Below, piece after piece: positions 42,011 to 55,750 of a DNA stretch of 64,000 nucleotides. The stretch is from contig OX597825.1 in NCBI GenBank assembly GCA_951406725.2, positions 50,964,001-51,028,000 on the forward strand, given 5' to 3'. The position numbers and the translations under genes are program-made. Source of the DNA: Octopus vulgaris (taxonomy: Eukaryota). The notes below the pieces were generated by a model. That model did no database searches and was not told the DNA's origin. It saw nothing but the letters and a program-made list of their open reading frames with translations. How positions within the stretch are numbered: the stretch's first letter is position 1; each line of letters starts with the position of its first letter.

Positions 42011-43399
42011 GGTCTTCATATTCTTAGGAACTAATCTGTTTTAATTTTAATCAATTTTTAGTAACCCTTGTTTCATTATTGTTTCCTCCGCGGCACATTT
42101 TGGATATTGCATCTCAAAACACCGTTGTGTAAAAGGATACGGGCAACTAGTAATGAAATCGTATTTTAACTCACATCATATGCTAGTTCTATAGATAGAT
42201 ACATACAAGTGACATCAATTGATTTTAAAGGGTCAAAGGTAAAAAGATTTTATTAGCTAAATTTAATTTTCTAAGTTACACTTTCACTTCATTTAACGAT
42301 AAAGCACACTGAATTATCTGTTATCTGAGAGATGTAGATCACATAACTGTTTGATCTCATTCTTTTGGGAGACGTTTTTATAATTGTTTTGTATATGTTC
42401 TAAGAGAGAGTTTGTTTGATGTTAATAAAGATATCATACACCATTACAGAAAAATTAAGAGGGCAATATCTCTACACATTTAATGGCAGTGCATCTATAT
42501 TATATGTGTGTGTAGCGGGCAGTGTTTCAGTTACTTCAGTAAGTAATGATCCTGCCCGTCACGAGTTCAATGCTCAGCCAGATCTAACAGACACCACCCA
42601 GGAAAGGATCCATGTCCAAGATTAGAAATTAGGTATTTGGCAGCAAATGGGTAAATGTAACAACAACGGTCGATAATTTGGTGGTATTATAAAAGATTAG
42701 TGAAATTATTAGAAGTTGTTTTTAACTGACTGAAGGTTTGTTAACATCTGTAAACTGATGAAAAATAGTGGAAGAATGGAGGACTGGTATTCCATAAGTT
42801 TATTTTGTACCAAATTCCTACTTGTAAATAATTAAAAGCCAATTGACATTTATCATGCAATGTCATTCAAACAATTTTGGAAGGTGGCCACTGATGTAAG
42901 TCTTTGCAATCAGAAAGTGTTCTCAATGATATGCTAGGACCTTGGTGTAAATTAAAATTACATAGAACCCTCATTTAGTGTTTCCTGTTTAGATACTAAA
43001 CAAAGCAGGAAGCTACATAAAATAGGTGTCGTGTGTGTAATGCGAGGAAATTGATGGATTAGCAATAGTTCAATAATATAGACACAGATGGCATTATATA
43101 TAAGGTTAGTACCGTTTCGGGAGAAGTAAGAAGATAAGAACTAGGAGAAGAAGAAGAAAAGAAGAAAAAGAAGGGAGAAAAGAAAAAGACGGGAGTGGTA
43201 TGGCCCAGCAGTAGAGCTGTCCGTGGAATCTACTTTAATGGTCAAGTGACCTAAAAGTAACCTACTTTGGTAGTAGCAGTAGTGGTAGGAACTGTTCTAA
43301 ATAAATTCAAGGGCTGCTCTTAATATATCTATCGTTTTTAATATTTGCGTGATTATTATCCTAAGATACTTGTAGTAGTATCATCTGTGGTGGAAACAA

Positions 43400-44030
43400 T
43401 CAAAATATGTTTATATTTTGCGATAAAATATGATTCTTTCCTGATGTGCTGATTATAGGTAGCATTGTCCCTAAATTTATAGAGGGGAAAAAATTCTGAA
43501 GTTAAGTTGTTCATTAGTTGCGCAAAATGTCGGCATTACCGTTTTTTAATCTGGGATCAAGGTACGGACATCCTCTGGTGTATACTGTTTTTAGTTTGAC
43601 CAGGGGATTGCCCTCGCCACTCTGAGCAAGTTAAAACATATATTAGGTTTTCTGAAGCACATGTGAAGTTTTTCACTGTAAAAAGTTGAACTTCTTTGAA
43701 GAACTCCGATCCCTCAATTAGGTTGACGCATATACCCCAATTAAGTCTTCCGCATTATTTTACTGTCGGTTTCGATGTTGTTGACGAGTGTGCTTGGGAT
43801 TGTGTTAGAAGACTTTCCATTGACTAAGGTTTGTCTTTTCCTCTTTATGATGGTGTAAGTTTGGAGGACTTGATTCATTATATGGTCCCATTTTAGTAAA
43901 GGAATGATCTGGAGGATGGTGCCGAAGGCATCATTGTTTAGGGGGTTTTGTGCTGAGATGTATGGTAGGGCTTTTGATTGTAAATCCTTTTTTAGTTTGC
44001 GATATCGGAGATCGTGGATGTTGAGTTGTA
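43400..44030 (-). mobile_element. Penelope-like element: linker plus GIY-YIG endonuclease, decayed
   Basis: LPYISAQNP, IIKRKRQ, FTCASENLIYVLTC..GQT, FPLYK..KESYFIAKY. Confidence 0.8.
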
Positions 44031-44537
44031 GGGATTGCAAAAGAGTAATTTACTTTGAATTGTTACCACCTAATGCAACAATCATTGCTCAAGTCTACTG
44101 TCAGCAATTAGAGCGTTTGAACCAAGCTTTGAAGAAAAAAAGACCCGCTTTAGGGAATAAAAAAGGAGTGATGTTTCATCAGGACATTGCAAAGATCACA
44201 TCACAGAAGATCGAAGAGCTTGGTTGGGAAAAAATTCCTCATCCACGTTATTCTCCCGAACTTGCTCCTTCAGACTACCATTTGTTTCGTAGTTTACAGA
44301 TTCATTTGGGGACATAACTTTCGCAAGCCAGGAGGAGGTCGAAACTGCCATTTCAGAGTTCTTCACTTTGAAACCAAAAGAGTTTTACATTGATGGGTTT
44401 AAAAAGCTCGTAAATAAGAGGAAGTCATAGATAATCAGGGAAAGTACATTGATGATTAAATTTCAATTAAATATTAACATTTGATCACTTGTTTTCTTTA
44501 TTCAAAATTCGGACAGAACTTCTGGGATGACCTGATA
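44031..44537 (+). mobile_element. mariner transposon 3' half with right TIR
   Basis: VIYFELLP..YCQQLERL..FHQD..YSPELAPSDYHLF (DD34D type). Ends CGGACAGAACTTCTGGGATGACCTGA|TA. Confidence 0.9.
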
Positions 44538-44924
44538 TGTATATAAATATAAATCAGAAATAGAAAAACAAAACAATAAATTGAGCAATTATGAATTCAA
44601 TTCAATTTATTTTATACAAACAAATGACATAAATATAAGTATGTGTGTGTGCGTGCGTGTGTATTCCTAATTATCAGTGTGTACAGGACATACTCTGATT
44701 GTTCAAATCTACCAGGTGAGATGATGTCATTTATAAAACTTGATACAATGACCCAGGAAGGTGTAAATGAAATGAAAACACAATGAGACGTCTCTGAAAA
44801 TTTCTTGTTGGAAATAACCTTATCATTGATCAAATCCAAAACCTGGAACCACTGCTGCTTTACAAAATTAGAAGGCATTCTGCTCCTGTACATAAGTAAC
44901 TAAAGAACAATTCCTTCATCTTTT

Positions 44925-45100
44925 GTGACTAACCTGCTTATTATCATTAACCATTATTATCAACGTACTAATGTGTACTAAAGGGGAAAATTTCCCAAAC
45001 CTTTACTCCGGAGTGACTAACCTGCTTATTATAATTAACCATTATTATCAACGTCCTAATGTGTACTAAAGGGGAAAATTTCCCAAACCTTTACTCCGGA
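44925..45100. repeat. 88-bp direct tandem duplication
   Basis: GTGACTAACCTGCTTA..CTTTACTCCGGA occurs twice with ~2 mismatches. Confidence 0.9.
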
Positions 45101-46254
45101 GTTCCCGTTTCCAGTTTTCTGATATATTTATATCCGTGTCTATCTATTTGTTTGTGTATCAATCTATCAATCGATCTATTTGTCTATTTATCTATCTGTG
45201 TGTCTATATATTTATTCTTATATATCTTTCTCTTTATGTATCTGTGTATGTATTTATGTATGTATGTATACATGTATGTAGATATGTATGTGTGCATGCA
45301 TGTACGATAAGTGCTTGGGTTCACACATCTTAGTCTTAGAAACAATGACTTTAACACAGTATTTCAGTTTCAGTTAATAGTGGAATATTAACATTGTATT
45401 TTAGTCCTTAGCAGCCATTCTTCGCTCACCACAGGCAGGACTACATAGTAATATGTTTAGGATATTAGAAATCAAGATTGCATATTTACATTCAATGAAA
45501 AATTACGAATTTCACGTAAATCTATCTCCATTGCTCCTTATTTAACTAAATATTTCGACATATGTTGTAAACTGAGCCATAACAAATATATTTGTTTCCA
45601 AAACTTATTTAATATCTGAAGACCGATTGATGTTGTAAAATGGCACATTGATGTAGAAAATGACGTTTTTAGTGAAAGTAACGATGTGGGCGTCAGCATG
45701 TATAACTTAGTATAAACTATGATAAACTTTGAAAGAATAACATTGTTACTCTAGCATTTTGAAAGAACTCACACAAATATTTCTTTCTTTTTAAAAATCT
45801 TTTTAAAACTCTCTTTGCTCTTTCTTGAACGAATGCTTTAAACTTTGATACCCTTTTCATTTTCTATAAGACGTAACACATTAACTTATTCTTTATTTCT
45901 AACGTAAGTTTATCCAAATATTTGCAAGTTCTTTGGCAAGTTGATGAACATTTTGATGAAACAAAAGCACAATCAACTTATATATATGTGCGTAATATTA
46001 TTTGTCACCACCAATAATCTGATTAATTGTAACACTATTCTACAAGGGTATGAATAGTGAAGAATATGAAAACTGGAGTAATAAAGTAGGAAATATAATC
46101 TGAAATAATTTTACTTCTATCATTGCTTTTATTAGCTGTCTTTCATCTGTAATAATATTATATTGCGGTTTGTAATTATGGTCAATAATATTATATTGTT
46201 ATTTCAAACTTGCTTTACTTTTGGTCTTCAACCGTTGTAATAATAACAACAATT

Positions 46255-46326
<72 letters not shown>

Positions 46327-47149
46327 GTGATGATGATGCTGATGATAACGACGACGACAACAACAACAACAATAATAATCATAATAGTAATAATAATAAA
46401 CCTTTCTCCTATAGGCACAAGCTTGAAATTTGGGGTTTATGTGCAGATAGTCGATTAGACCGACCAAATTTCTCGACTGGAATTTATGTTATCGACTCTG
46501 AAAGGATGAAAGGCAAAGTCAACCACGTAGTATTTGAGCTTAGACTGTAAAAACTCGGAAGAAAATACTGCAAAGAATTTTGGCCCGATCTACCAACAAG
46601 CTTGTGGGCTCGATGATGGTGATGGGGATGAGAAGGAGGAGGAGGAGGTGGAGACGGAAAAGGAGGAGGGGGAGTCACGAGGATACATGACATCCAGTCG
46701 TGTATGACCGGCGTTCAACTGCATAAGCCAATCCACAATACTAGAAGTAATTATGCCGGATAATAAGAACAATAATAAATACGCAATTACTTGTATGATT
46801 TAATTGACTGGTGCTAATAGCACCATGAATCCGGAACAGCTGCTGCAAACTTGTGTATTCTGAAGATTATAAATGCTGTTGTGGGTCTGCCAAATGAGAG
46901 CCGGTGAAGAATTATATGTAAGTTTTGGGAGCAATGATGGCAGTAGGTAGGCTATAGCTGCATTTGTACATGCTCTTTCTGTCTTTGACTCCTTCAAATA
47001 CTACCTTAAGCAAAAAACATGTAAAGTAACATTAGTATACACGTGTTGTGAGCCACAATTGCAAAAGCAATGACAGCAACAGGACAATGATACCAACAAT
47101 CAGAAGATACTTTTAAATTTAAATAAGTGAATTAACAAAATTGACCAAA

Positions 47150-47315
47150 GTTGTAGGCTTCACTCTGTAGTAAGAAGATTGATTCCCAACCATATGCTTC
47201 CGGGTTCAGTACCACTGCGTGGCACCTTATGCAAGCGTCTTTTACTATAGCCATGGGCCAACGTAAGCAATATGGGTGACTATGGTAGACGGAAATTGAA
47301 AAAGAAGCTCAACAT
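47150..47315 (+). mobile_element. Diverged SINE head fragment
   Basis: GGGTTCAGTACCACTGCGTGGCACC..GGTAGACGGAAA matches the 38227 family. Confidence 0.7.
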
Positions 47316-47316
47316 A

Positions 47317-47371
<55 letters not shown>

Positions 47372-47497
47372 ATATATGTATATGCATATAGACATATTAT
47401 GTATATGTATATGTATATGTATATATACGTATCTATCTATCTATTTATACATACATACATACATACATACATGCATATATATATATATATATGAAGG

Positions 47498-48043
47498 AAA
47501 AATGCATTAAATACTAATAAGCGTACACGTAAGACAGGCACAGAATTTATCAACCGAAATGTTAATACTCAGTTTCATGCTTTTATGATAAGACAGAGAA
47601 CTTCGTATATCGGCAGCACCCGCCAAATTTTCAGAGAGTTAGGACTCGAGCAAGCAAAACACTACTGGGTGGACGTACGAAAGTAAACAAATGTAATTTG
47701 AAACGATTTACGAAGACGGAATAAATACGGCCTTTCGGCCCAACACGAGAATGATGGGTAACGCCTGAAAGAAATCCTGAATGGATACAGAAAGAGAAAT
47801 AGCAAGAGAGGAGATAGATATTGACCGGCAAGCTAAGCGTCCGGTGCTGAAAGTCAGAGACATGGAATTGTTCATGCTCTAATTGTCCACAAATTTGACG
47901 GGTGCCGCCGGTATGCACGGTTCTCAGTCTTATCATTAAATGCTTGAAACTGAGTATTGATATTTCGGTTAATAACTGAAGAAAAATTAGGTCCTTTCTG
48001 TGTCTGTCCCACGTATACGATTTTTAGCATTTAATGCATTTCT
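47498..48043. repeat. Imperfect ~135-bp inverted repeats with ~260-bp spacer
   Basis: 47498-47630 is the approximate reverse complement of 47891-48043. Confidence 0.8.
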
Positions 48044-48096
48044 CATTTATTGAGCAACTGAACGCCTCGCATCCCAACTTTTGTAAACAGTAAGTT

Positions 48097-48142
<46 letters not shown>

Positions 48143-49149
48143 CACTGGTTGTTAGTCTGTATGAGAGAAACATGAAGACCCACCACTTTTACATTTTCCC
48201 AATTGTGAACATCAAAGTACAGGATAAACTCATTTCTATGCTATTCACATAGTGACATGTCGGAATAATAACCCACACCTTGCAAATAAGAAATACTCTA
48301 AATAACAAAGAAAAGCAAGAAACAGACCAACTAAAACATACCACCAACGTATATTCTTTTACGAACCTCTAAAAAGTTTGATTATGTTACCCAATTAGTA
48401 ATACTCAATTATTAGTTTTCTTTAAATACTGGACTAAATTTGAACCATTGAATTTTACATTCTCATAGCAAAGGATTAAATCCAATAAAGCTAAATACAG
48501 CAAAACTATTGACACATCCTATACCTACCTACCTACCTGCCTACCTACATACCAAGAAAGGGATACAACCAAATATTTGCTCCTGCGTACAAAGTTCTAC
48601 ACGCTTCCAAAATACCTTTCCATGAACTCCAGTCCTAAGATTTAATTACAACAACATTCAAACCCACACCCTGAAGGAAGATTTTAACTCGGTAAAAACT
48701 ATTTAGAGTCAATATTAACTTCAATGCACCGAAGTCCGACGATGGCTTTTGCGGCTGAAACTTCGAAGCCAGTACCAATAATATGCTTGTTTAAGAAGGA
48801 TGAATTTATACTCTATAAATGTATAGAGCAACCCATCAAATGAATATAAAATTGTTTTTACTATAACTGAATATAAAGAGAAACATTAGCGTATATACAC
48901 ACATATATATGTGTGTGTGTGAGTGTGCGTATGTGTGTGTGCGTGTGTGTGTTTGTATGTGTGTTTGTTTGTTTCCTGCCATAGCTTGACAACAGGTGTC
49001 GGTTTGTTTACCTCGCCTAACTTAGTGAAAGAGACCGACGCAACATACCTATTGGTTCAGATCATTAGTGAACTAAACCTCTCATATTACTTATATAGGT
49101 GTGTATGCGTATGTAAGCATACACACACACACACACGTATATAGTGAGT

Positions 49150-49300
49150 ATTTACAAAAAAAATGGACGAAGACGGTTGTGTAAACAATAAAAATATGTA
49201 TTAGTTTAACACTCGGGAAGTGAGAAAGTCTTTTACGTTTCGAGTCTACGCTCTTCTTCGACAGAAAGGAACAGAGAAATAAACAGAGAGAGAAAATAAT
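49150..49300 (-). mobile_element. Second copy of the hammerhead-bearing short repeat
   Basis: Matches ~1955-2095. Confidence 0.6.
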
Positions 49301-49305
49301 ACATA

Positions 49306-49359
<54 letters not shown>

Positions 49360-49384
49360 TGTACACACACATATATATATATTT

Positions 49385-49558
49385 ATATTCTTTTATTCTT
49401 TTACTTGTTTTAGTCAATTGGCTGCAGCCATACTAGAGCACCACTTTTAGTCGAACAAATCGACCCCAGGACTTATTCTTTGTAAGCCTAGTAGTTGTTC
49501 TATCGTTCTCTATTGCAGAACTGCTAAATTACGGGGTCGTAAACATACCAATATCGGT
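49385..49558 (-). mobile_element. SINE 3' fragment (38227 family)
   Basis: TTTTACTTGTTTTAGTC..CGACCCCAGGACTTATTCTTTGTAAGCC. Confidence 0.8.
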
Positions 49559-49720
49559 ATATTCATATATTTATAATATGTGTGTGTGCATGTGTATGTG
49601 TGCATGTGTATATTCACACACTAGAAATTAATAATTCTATCTACTAGGTGATAATCTCATAACATACGCTTAAATATAAACAAGTACGTAAACTCACATC
49701 TGGGTAGAAAAGTATATGAA

Positions 49721-50038
49721 TGCGTGTGGTTTAGTGGTTAGTGTATTCGGTTAACGATCGTGACGTTGTGTGTTCGATTCCTATCGTGCGTTGTGTCCTT
49801 GAGTAAAACACTATATTTCACATTGCTTTGGTCCTCTCAACTGGTAAAGATGAGTTCTATCTGTAATGCAAAGTACCGGCTTTGTCACATTCTGTGTCAT
49901 ACTGAATGTCTTTGAGAACTACATTAAGGGTATATGTGTCTGTGGTGTGCTCAACGACTTGCAGGTTCATTTCATGAACAGGTTTTTCCGTTGATCGGGC
50001 CGACTGGAACACACGTCGTCGTAACCGACGGAGTGCCA
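49721..50038 (+). mobile_element. tRNA-derived SINE
   Basis: GTGGTTTAGTGGTTAG A box, GTTCGATTCC B box, CORE-like GTGTCCTTGAG motif. 3' part shared with 4351-4727. Confidence 0.8.
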
Positions 50039-50441
50039 AAGCATATGGAAATATATAGAAAACACACCTATACACCGGAATGCAAAGATAAATTTGAAGA
50101 GCAACTATGGAAATAAATAGGAAGCACAATGAATACCTAGCAGTGTCTGGGCTAGACTATGTATTACGAGTTAGGTGAAGATCTAATGTGGAGCTTGAAA
50201 TAGTCCTTTATAGTTTGGAAGTATTGTGCTGAGCAGTTACCTGCGTCATACTAATAACCAGAACACCATTACTAAGGCCTAACATTACGTATATCTGCAA
50301 TAAAATGGCGAAGGCGTTGATTTATTGCAAGACCAACCTAGCCCTAGAACACATTAAGAGATTTCAGACATTGTTTTATTCTTTTATGCGCTTCAGCCCA
50401 ACGGTTGTAGCCATGCTGGGGGTGCTGCCAGAAAAGTTGAG

Positions 50442-50560
50442 ATGCTAGCAGCACCTAGCTTTCCCAAACAGCCACCATCTAAGCACTAATTAGGCTCGAC
50501 AATGCTTAACTTCGGTGATTGGGCGAGAATCGATGCATTCGGCGTGAGAAGACTGCAAAC
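50442..50560 (-). pseudogene. Diverged 5S rRNA copy, probably the head of a 5S-derived SINE (50373-50560)
   Basis: The minus strand GTTTGCAGTCTTCTCACGCCGAATGCATCGATTCTCGCCCAATCACCGAAGTTAAGCATTGTCGAGCCTAATTAGTGCTTAGATGG..TGGGAAAGCTAGGTGCTG is colinear with metazoan 5S (~119 nt; A box AGTTAAGC, C-box-like AGTGCTTAGATGG). Confidence 0.85.
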
Positions 50561-53399
50561 ATACATAACTACACACACGCACACACAGACACACAGACAC
50601 ACGCGTGGTCCATTTGTGGAGTATAAGCAGCAAGAAAAAAAATTGGAATCTAAATTTTTACCCCCACCTCACTCAAGCGAAGTCATGTAAGTGTGTAAGT
50701 AAAAGAAAAGAAAAGAAAAGTATGCTATTAAAATGAATTATTGTTTACATAGCTCTCTTTTTTTTTCTTTTAATGGTTGTGGATAAGTGCCAGCAATGAC
50801 CCGCTAAAGCTCTCCAATATTTCAAATTATAAACAGAAACAATCGGAGGCAGGGAGTGAGTTGCAAAAAAAAAAACATTTTATTTTTTAAAGGATATACA
50901 TATATTTACGGGGAGAAAGATATTGACAACCATCAATGCATGCGAGAGTGATAAAAAACGAGGAGGGTTGTAGTGGGCTGTGTAAGAAACAACAACCAAA
51001 TCTTAAATCACTCACTTTTCCCTCTGAAAATTTTAATAGCTTTTATTACTGTTTAACCGAAAAAGCCCCTCTCATTTTATGAAGAGCAAAAAAAAAAAAT
51101 GGATAAAATAGTTCTGGAGTGGGATGACGAGGGAGAGCGGTTGTAAAAAAATTCAAAACTTTTTCATACAAAGATGTCCCCCCACCACCATTTCGAAGGT
51201 GTTGCTTGTAGGGGAAGCTAAAAACTTGACAAACTGTGCCCCTCCGTAGTTGGACTACATTCATTTTTGTTTAAAAAAAGAGAAATTATAGCTGTAATAA
51301 AATAATGAAAGCAATATTTATTAAGCAAGTGAGCACTATTATAGAAACAAAATAATTAGACGCAAAATATCATAAAAATTATTTGAATTGGGAATCAAAC
51401 GTAAAAATATTATCAAGGGGCTATCAGAAAACCGCCCGGAGGGCGGTCTTTCTGCTAGTCTATATAAATGTAATAATGCATATGTATGTATGTATGTATG
51501 CATACATGTTACGTGTTTATGTGTGTGTATGTGTGTGTGTGTGCGTGCGTGTTGTGTGTGTGTGATTATAAAGATAGATACAGGTATATGAGAGGTTATT
51601 TACAATATGGCGATATGTGCGATAAATAAAATTACCTCTCTGATTCATAGTTCTATTCAATAATGATTGCTTCAAGCGTACACACTATATTCGACACACA
51701 TTTCCAAAAAAAATATGTATTAAGCAATTCATGTATTTATGTACACGCTTGCCTATGACCTTGCTTATAAATGTGCCTATGACTGGACGCATCCGTGTTA
51801 ATATACATCTATATCTATATCTATCAATCTATCTGTCTATCTATCTATCTATCCATCTGTCTGTCTGTCTGTATGTATTTATGCATATATGAATGTCTCT
51901 TCTACCTTTTAATTATTGCAAATCTTCCACAGAAGAAGGAGCCGGTTTCCAAAAAAGATACAAAGCTCCATCTTTGAGATGTAGTTAACACAGACAAATT
52001 CACACTTGGAACTTGAGAAAATTCTTGCATATTTTTACAATTCCATTCACAGATTGCACTTGTAATGTACGAATTAGCCGGTCGATTTATCTTTCTGAAA
52101 ACCCAAGTTTATCCAGATTCTCCTTTGTATGTATGTATCTATGTATGTGTTTATTATTAATCGATGCCTGTAGACTGTAAATGTAGATTATAAATCTCTA
52201 TTATGTTGGTAATACGCCTCTTATTGTAATCACCAATGCCTAAAAAGTTATAAATCCGAAAGCAGTTTCGAAAAAAAAAAAAATAAACTCTAGAAATTCC
52301 TGAAAATATTCACAATTCAAAAAGCTTAAGAGGTGAAGATTTTTATTGTGAATTCCCTGCCTGTTTTAGTTATATGTAAAGCTGTATGGTATTGTGGGCT
52401 CGTACTTATTGAAAGAAGTATGATGTACCTGCGCGAAATTTCGCTGTTATTTCTGGCGAATCTGGTAATCATCTATGCCTAAAACCTTATATATATATAT
52501 AAAACTCTTTATTTGGCTCACTATTTTCTACACTCATGATCATGCCCCTGGCAAACTGATGTCTTTAAGATTGCGTGTTCACACTAATACCCACACACAC
52601 ACATTTATGCATATCTGTTACCAAGAATATATATTCTATATTCTACATATTTCAGAATTGAAATTGTCGTTCAGTGTCTCATCTGTATTTGTTTTTTGCT
52701 TATATTTTCATCTTTTTTTGATTTTTTGTATCTTCGTTTTCCTTTATTCCCCTCTTGCTTTTCCTCAAAGAATGTTCTAAGAAAATAGAGTATTTAATCA
52801 ATAATATCCGTGAACCATTGGTTTCAAATATCTGTTGATCTTGGAGACATCAGCAAATTCTCATAGAGAAATTGTGCAAAACAATAAGCAACGAACAAAA
52901 CTTTCCATGTTTTAATGCCTCTTTTCTTCTCTTCGTTGACGTCAAAACTCGTTTATTTTTCTAAGGAACTTCTTTTATTTTTTGCTCACCTCCTCTACCA
53001 CCACTTTTACCTCCTACCTCACTCCCTTATTCTCTCACTATATTTCTCTCGTTTTTACTTTACGCTTCTCTCGCCATCTCTCCTCTTCTCTTCCAGTCTC
53101 TCTCTGTTTCCCTTTGGAATCCTTTATCAGAATTTGCATAATTTAGTAAAAGTTATTGAAATATGAGAAATACAATCTCTGATAATAGTAAAATGTCTAT
53201 GTAAGATTAAAAAGACTGCTGGAGCGTTCAGTCTTTGATGTGTGCATGTGTGTTCATATGTTTGCGTGTATGTGTGTCTATAAGTGTGTATGTGTACATA
53301 ACTGTGTTGGGTGTACGTATGTATGCGTTTGTGCGTGAGCATAACACGAGAAGATATTCAGATAGACTTGATCGTATATGTAATAAAAAAGTAATAAAG

Positions 53400-53447
<48 letters not shown>

Positions 53448-54276
53448 ATAATAATAATAATGATGATGATGATGATTATGATGATGATGATGATGATGAT
53501 GATGAGGATGATGAGGATGATGATGATGATGATATATGCTCAAAACAATGCAGGAAAAATACCACAACGAGGGAAACATGCTATATATTTACAGAGATAA
53601 ATATTTCATACCATTCTAACGTGTGCGTGTGTGTATATGCTTATACACACATACATATACACACACACATACACACACAGATGTGTGTGTATATGTGTGT
53701 ATGTGTGTCTGTCTGTATTTTTATCTGTCTGTATACGTGTTTCCATATGCGCATGTGTTCTTTAGTGTCTACCAATGTAGATATAAACGGAGGAGGGAAA
53801 AATTGTTGAGTGCGTGATTGTATTAGACAATACAAGTTTGTTTGCGCGCGCGGTCGTGTGTTTGTGTGGGTGAGTGTGTGTGTGTGTGTGCATCCCGCAG
53901 CGGGTGTGTGTGTTTATGTGTGTGGGTGAATATCGATGCTTTGATCGATTTATTGGTTATCCGTATTCTGTCATATTTTCGATCGTTCCGCCATCTGACC
54001 AAATCTCTGAAATCTGGGTGAGCAACACACACACACATACACACACACACACACAGACGCACACATACATACACACAAACAGACGCAGAGACATACACAC
54101 ACACAGACGCACACACGCGCACACAAATACTTGTAAGTGTGTATATGTGTATGTATATGTATATGTATATATATATGTATACACATAGACACAGAAATAC
54201 ACACACACATATGCACACACCCATGCACACACACGCACACACGTACATATATGTATATACATATATACATATACAT

Positions 54277-54323
<47 letters not shown>

Positions 54324-54694
54324 TGCTTTACCTACCTTATTTTTTCTGTTTTCAATTTTTATATCTCTTACCTCACATTTTCTCATCTCTTCCCATTCCC
54401 CGCCTTTTCTATCCCCCTCCCTCTCCTTTTCCTTCTCTCTCTCCCTTATATCTTCTCTTTCTCCTAACGACCATTTCTTATTCCTTTCTTCTCTTATCTC
54501 AACCCAACTTTACTTTGATGAACACCGACTTCCTTCTTACACCACCTCCTTCTCGACAATCTTTTATCTCCGTCTCCATTCTCATCTAGCTTTTTCTCTT
54601 TTTTTCTTATATTTCATTCTAGATAGCACTCTACTTGAAGCTATTCGATCTATGCAGGCCATGCAACGAATTTCTGATTATTGTTGTTGTTTTA

Positions 54695-54769
<75 letters not shown>

Positions 54770-55344
54770 GTTGTTGTTGTTTTTGTTGTTGTTGTTGTTG
54801 TTGTTGTTATTATTTCGTTTTAAGTAGTTTCAAGCCACCGTTACTACAGCTCCACCCATGTGCCCCTCTGCTTTCTAACAATATAAGCAGTTGTGAAATA
54901 TTGGCGCTTTGGAATTGTGGAAAGGTGTTTCTCCTACATTTTATATAGTCATTCCAAGGTTTCGAATTTCTATAACTTGCTTTGTTCTCGATGTGGTAAA
55001 TACTTTTCTTAGTACTAGTAGAGGTTTCTATAGACTATTTGATTCTTATGTTGTCATTAATTGTACTAGTCACAAATATGATGTGGTTTTGGTATCGAAC
55101 ACGCTGCTTAGTATATTCTAGTAGTGCCTTTCTTCAAGTTAACCAATACAATAGTGAGGGGAGTTGCTTGTCGAGACGAAGAACGAAATGGTTGGACAAT
55201 ATAGTTGACCGTGCTTGAGAATACAGCCGGAAAATCTTATATCTGTTCCTTCTCGTTGGACTCACTGGAGGAGGTACCTGAGGACTCCCAGAAATATTGC
55301 CCGGAGTTGATATCTGGCTAGAAATATATTTGTGTGTGTGTGCA

Positions 55345-55732
55345 TTCTTTTACACGTTTCACTCATTTGATTGTGGCCATGCTTGACCATCGCTTTAAAA
55401 GGATTTAGGCGAAGAAATCGACCCATAGACTTATTCTTTGTAAGCTCACTTCTTATTCTATCGGTTTTTTTTGCCAAACAGCTAAGTAAACACAGCAACA
55501 TCGGTTGCCAAGCGATGCTGGGTAGACAAACACAGGCAGAACGACACACACACACATCAATATATACATATATACATATAAATATATACATATATACGAC
55601 TGGCTTCTTTCCGTTTCCTTCTACCAAATCTACTCACAAGTATTTAGTCGACCGTGGCTATAGTAGTGGGAGCTGAACCCACAATCATGTGGTTGGAAAG
55701 CAAGCTTCTTACCATACAGCCATGCCTGCGCC
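55345..55732 (-). mobile_element. tRNA-derived SINE (38227 family, diverged)
   Basis: Colinear with 38634-39052, with an internal deletion. Confidence 0.85.
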
Positions 55733-55750
55733 TATATATATATATATATA

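Noticed and set aside
43904-44317. 137-aa ORF read as a novel fusion protein
   Set aside because: Its first part is antisense Penelope sequence running by chance into a truncated mariner.
44925-45100. Direct repeats read as a CRISPR-like array
   Set aside because: Only two adjacent units with no spacers, in eukaryotic context; a simple tandem duplication.
48730-48775. Hammerhead-like CCGACGA..GAAACTTCGAAG
   Set aside because: Core mutated, no valid cleavage triplet and stems I and II do not pair.
50442-50560. Functional 5S rRNA gene
   Set aside because: Many substitutions, no tandem array, and joined to a SINE/LINE-type tail.
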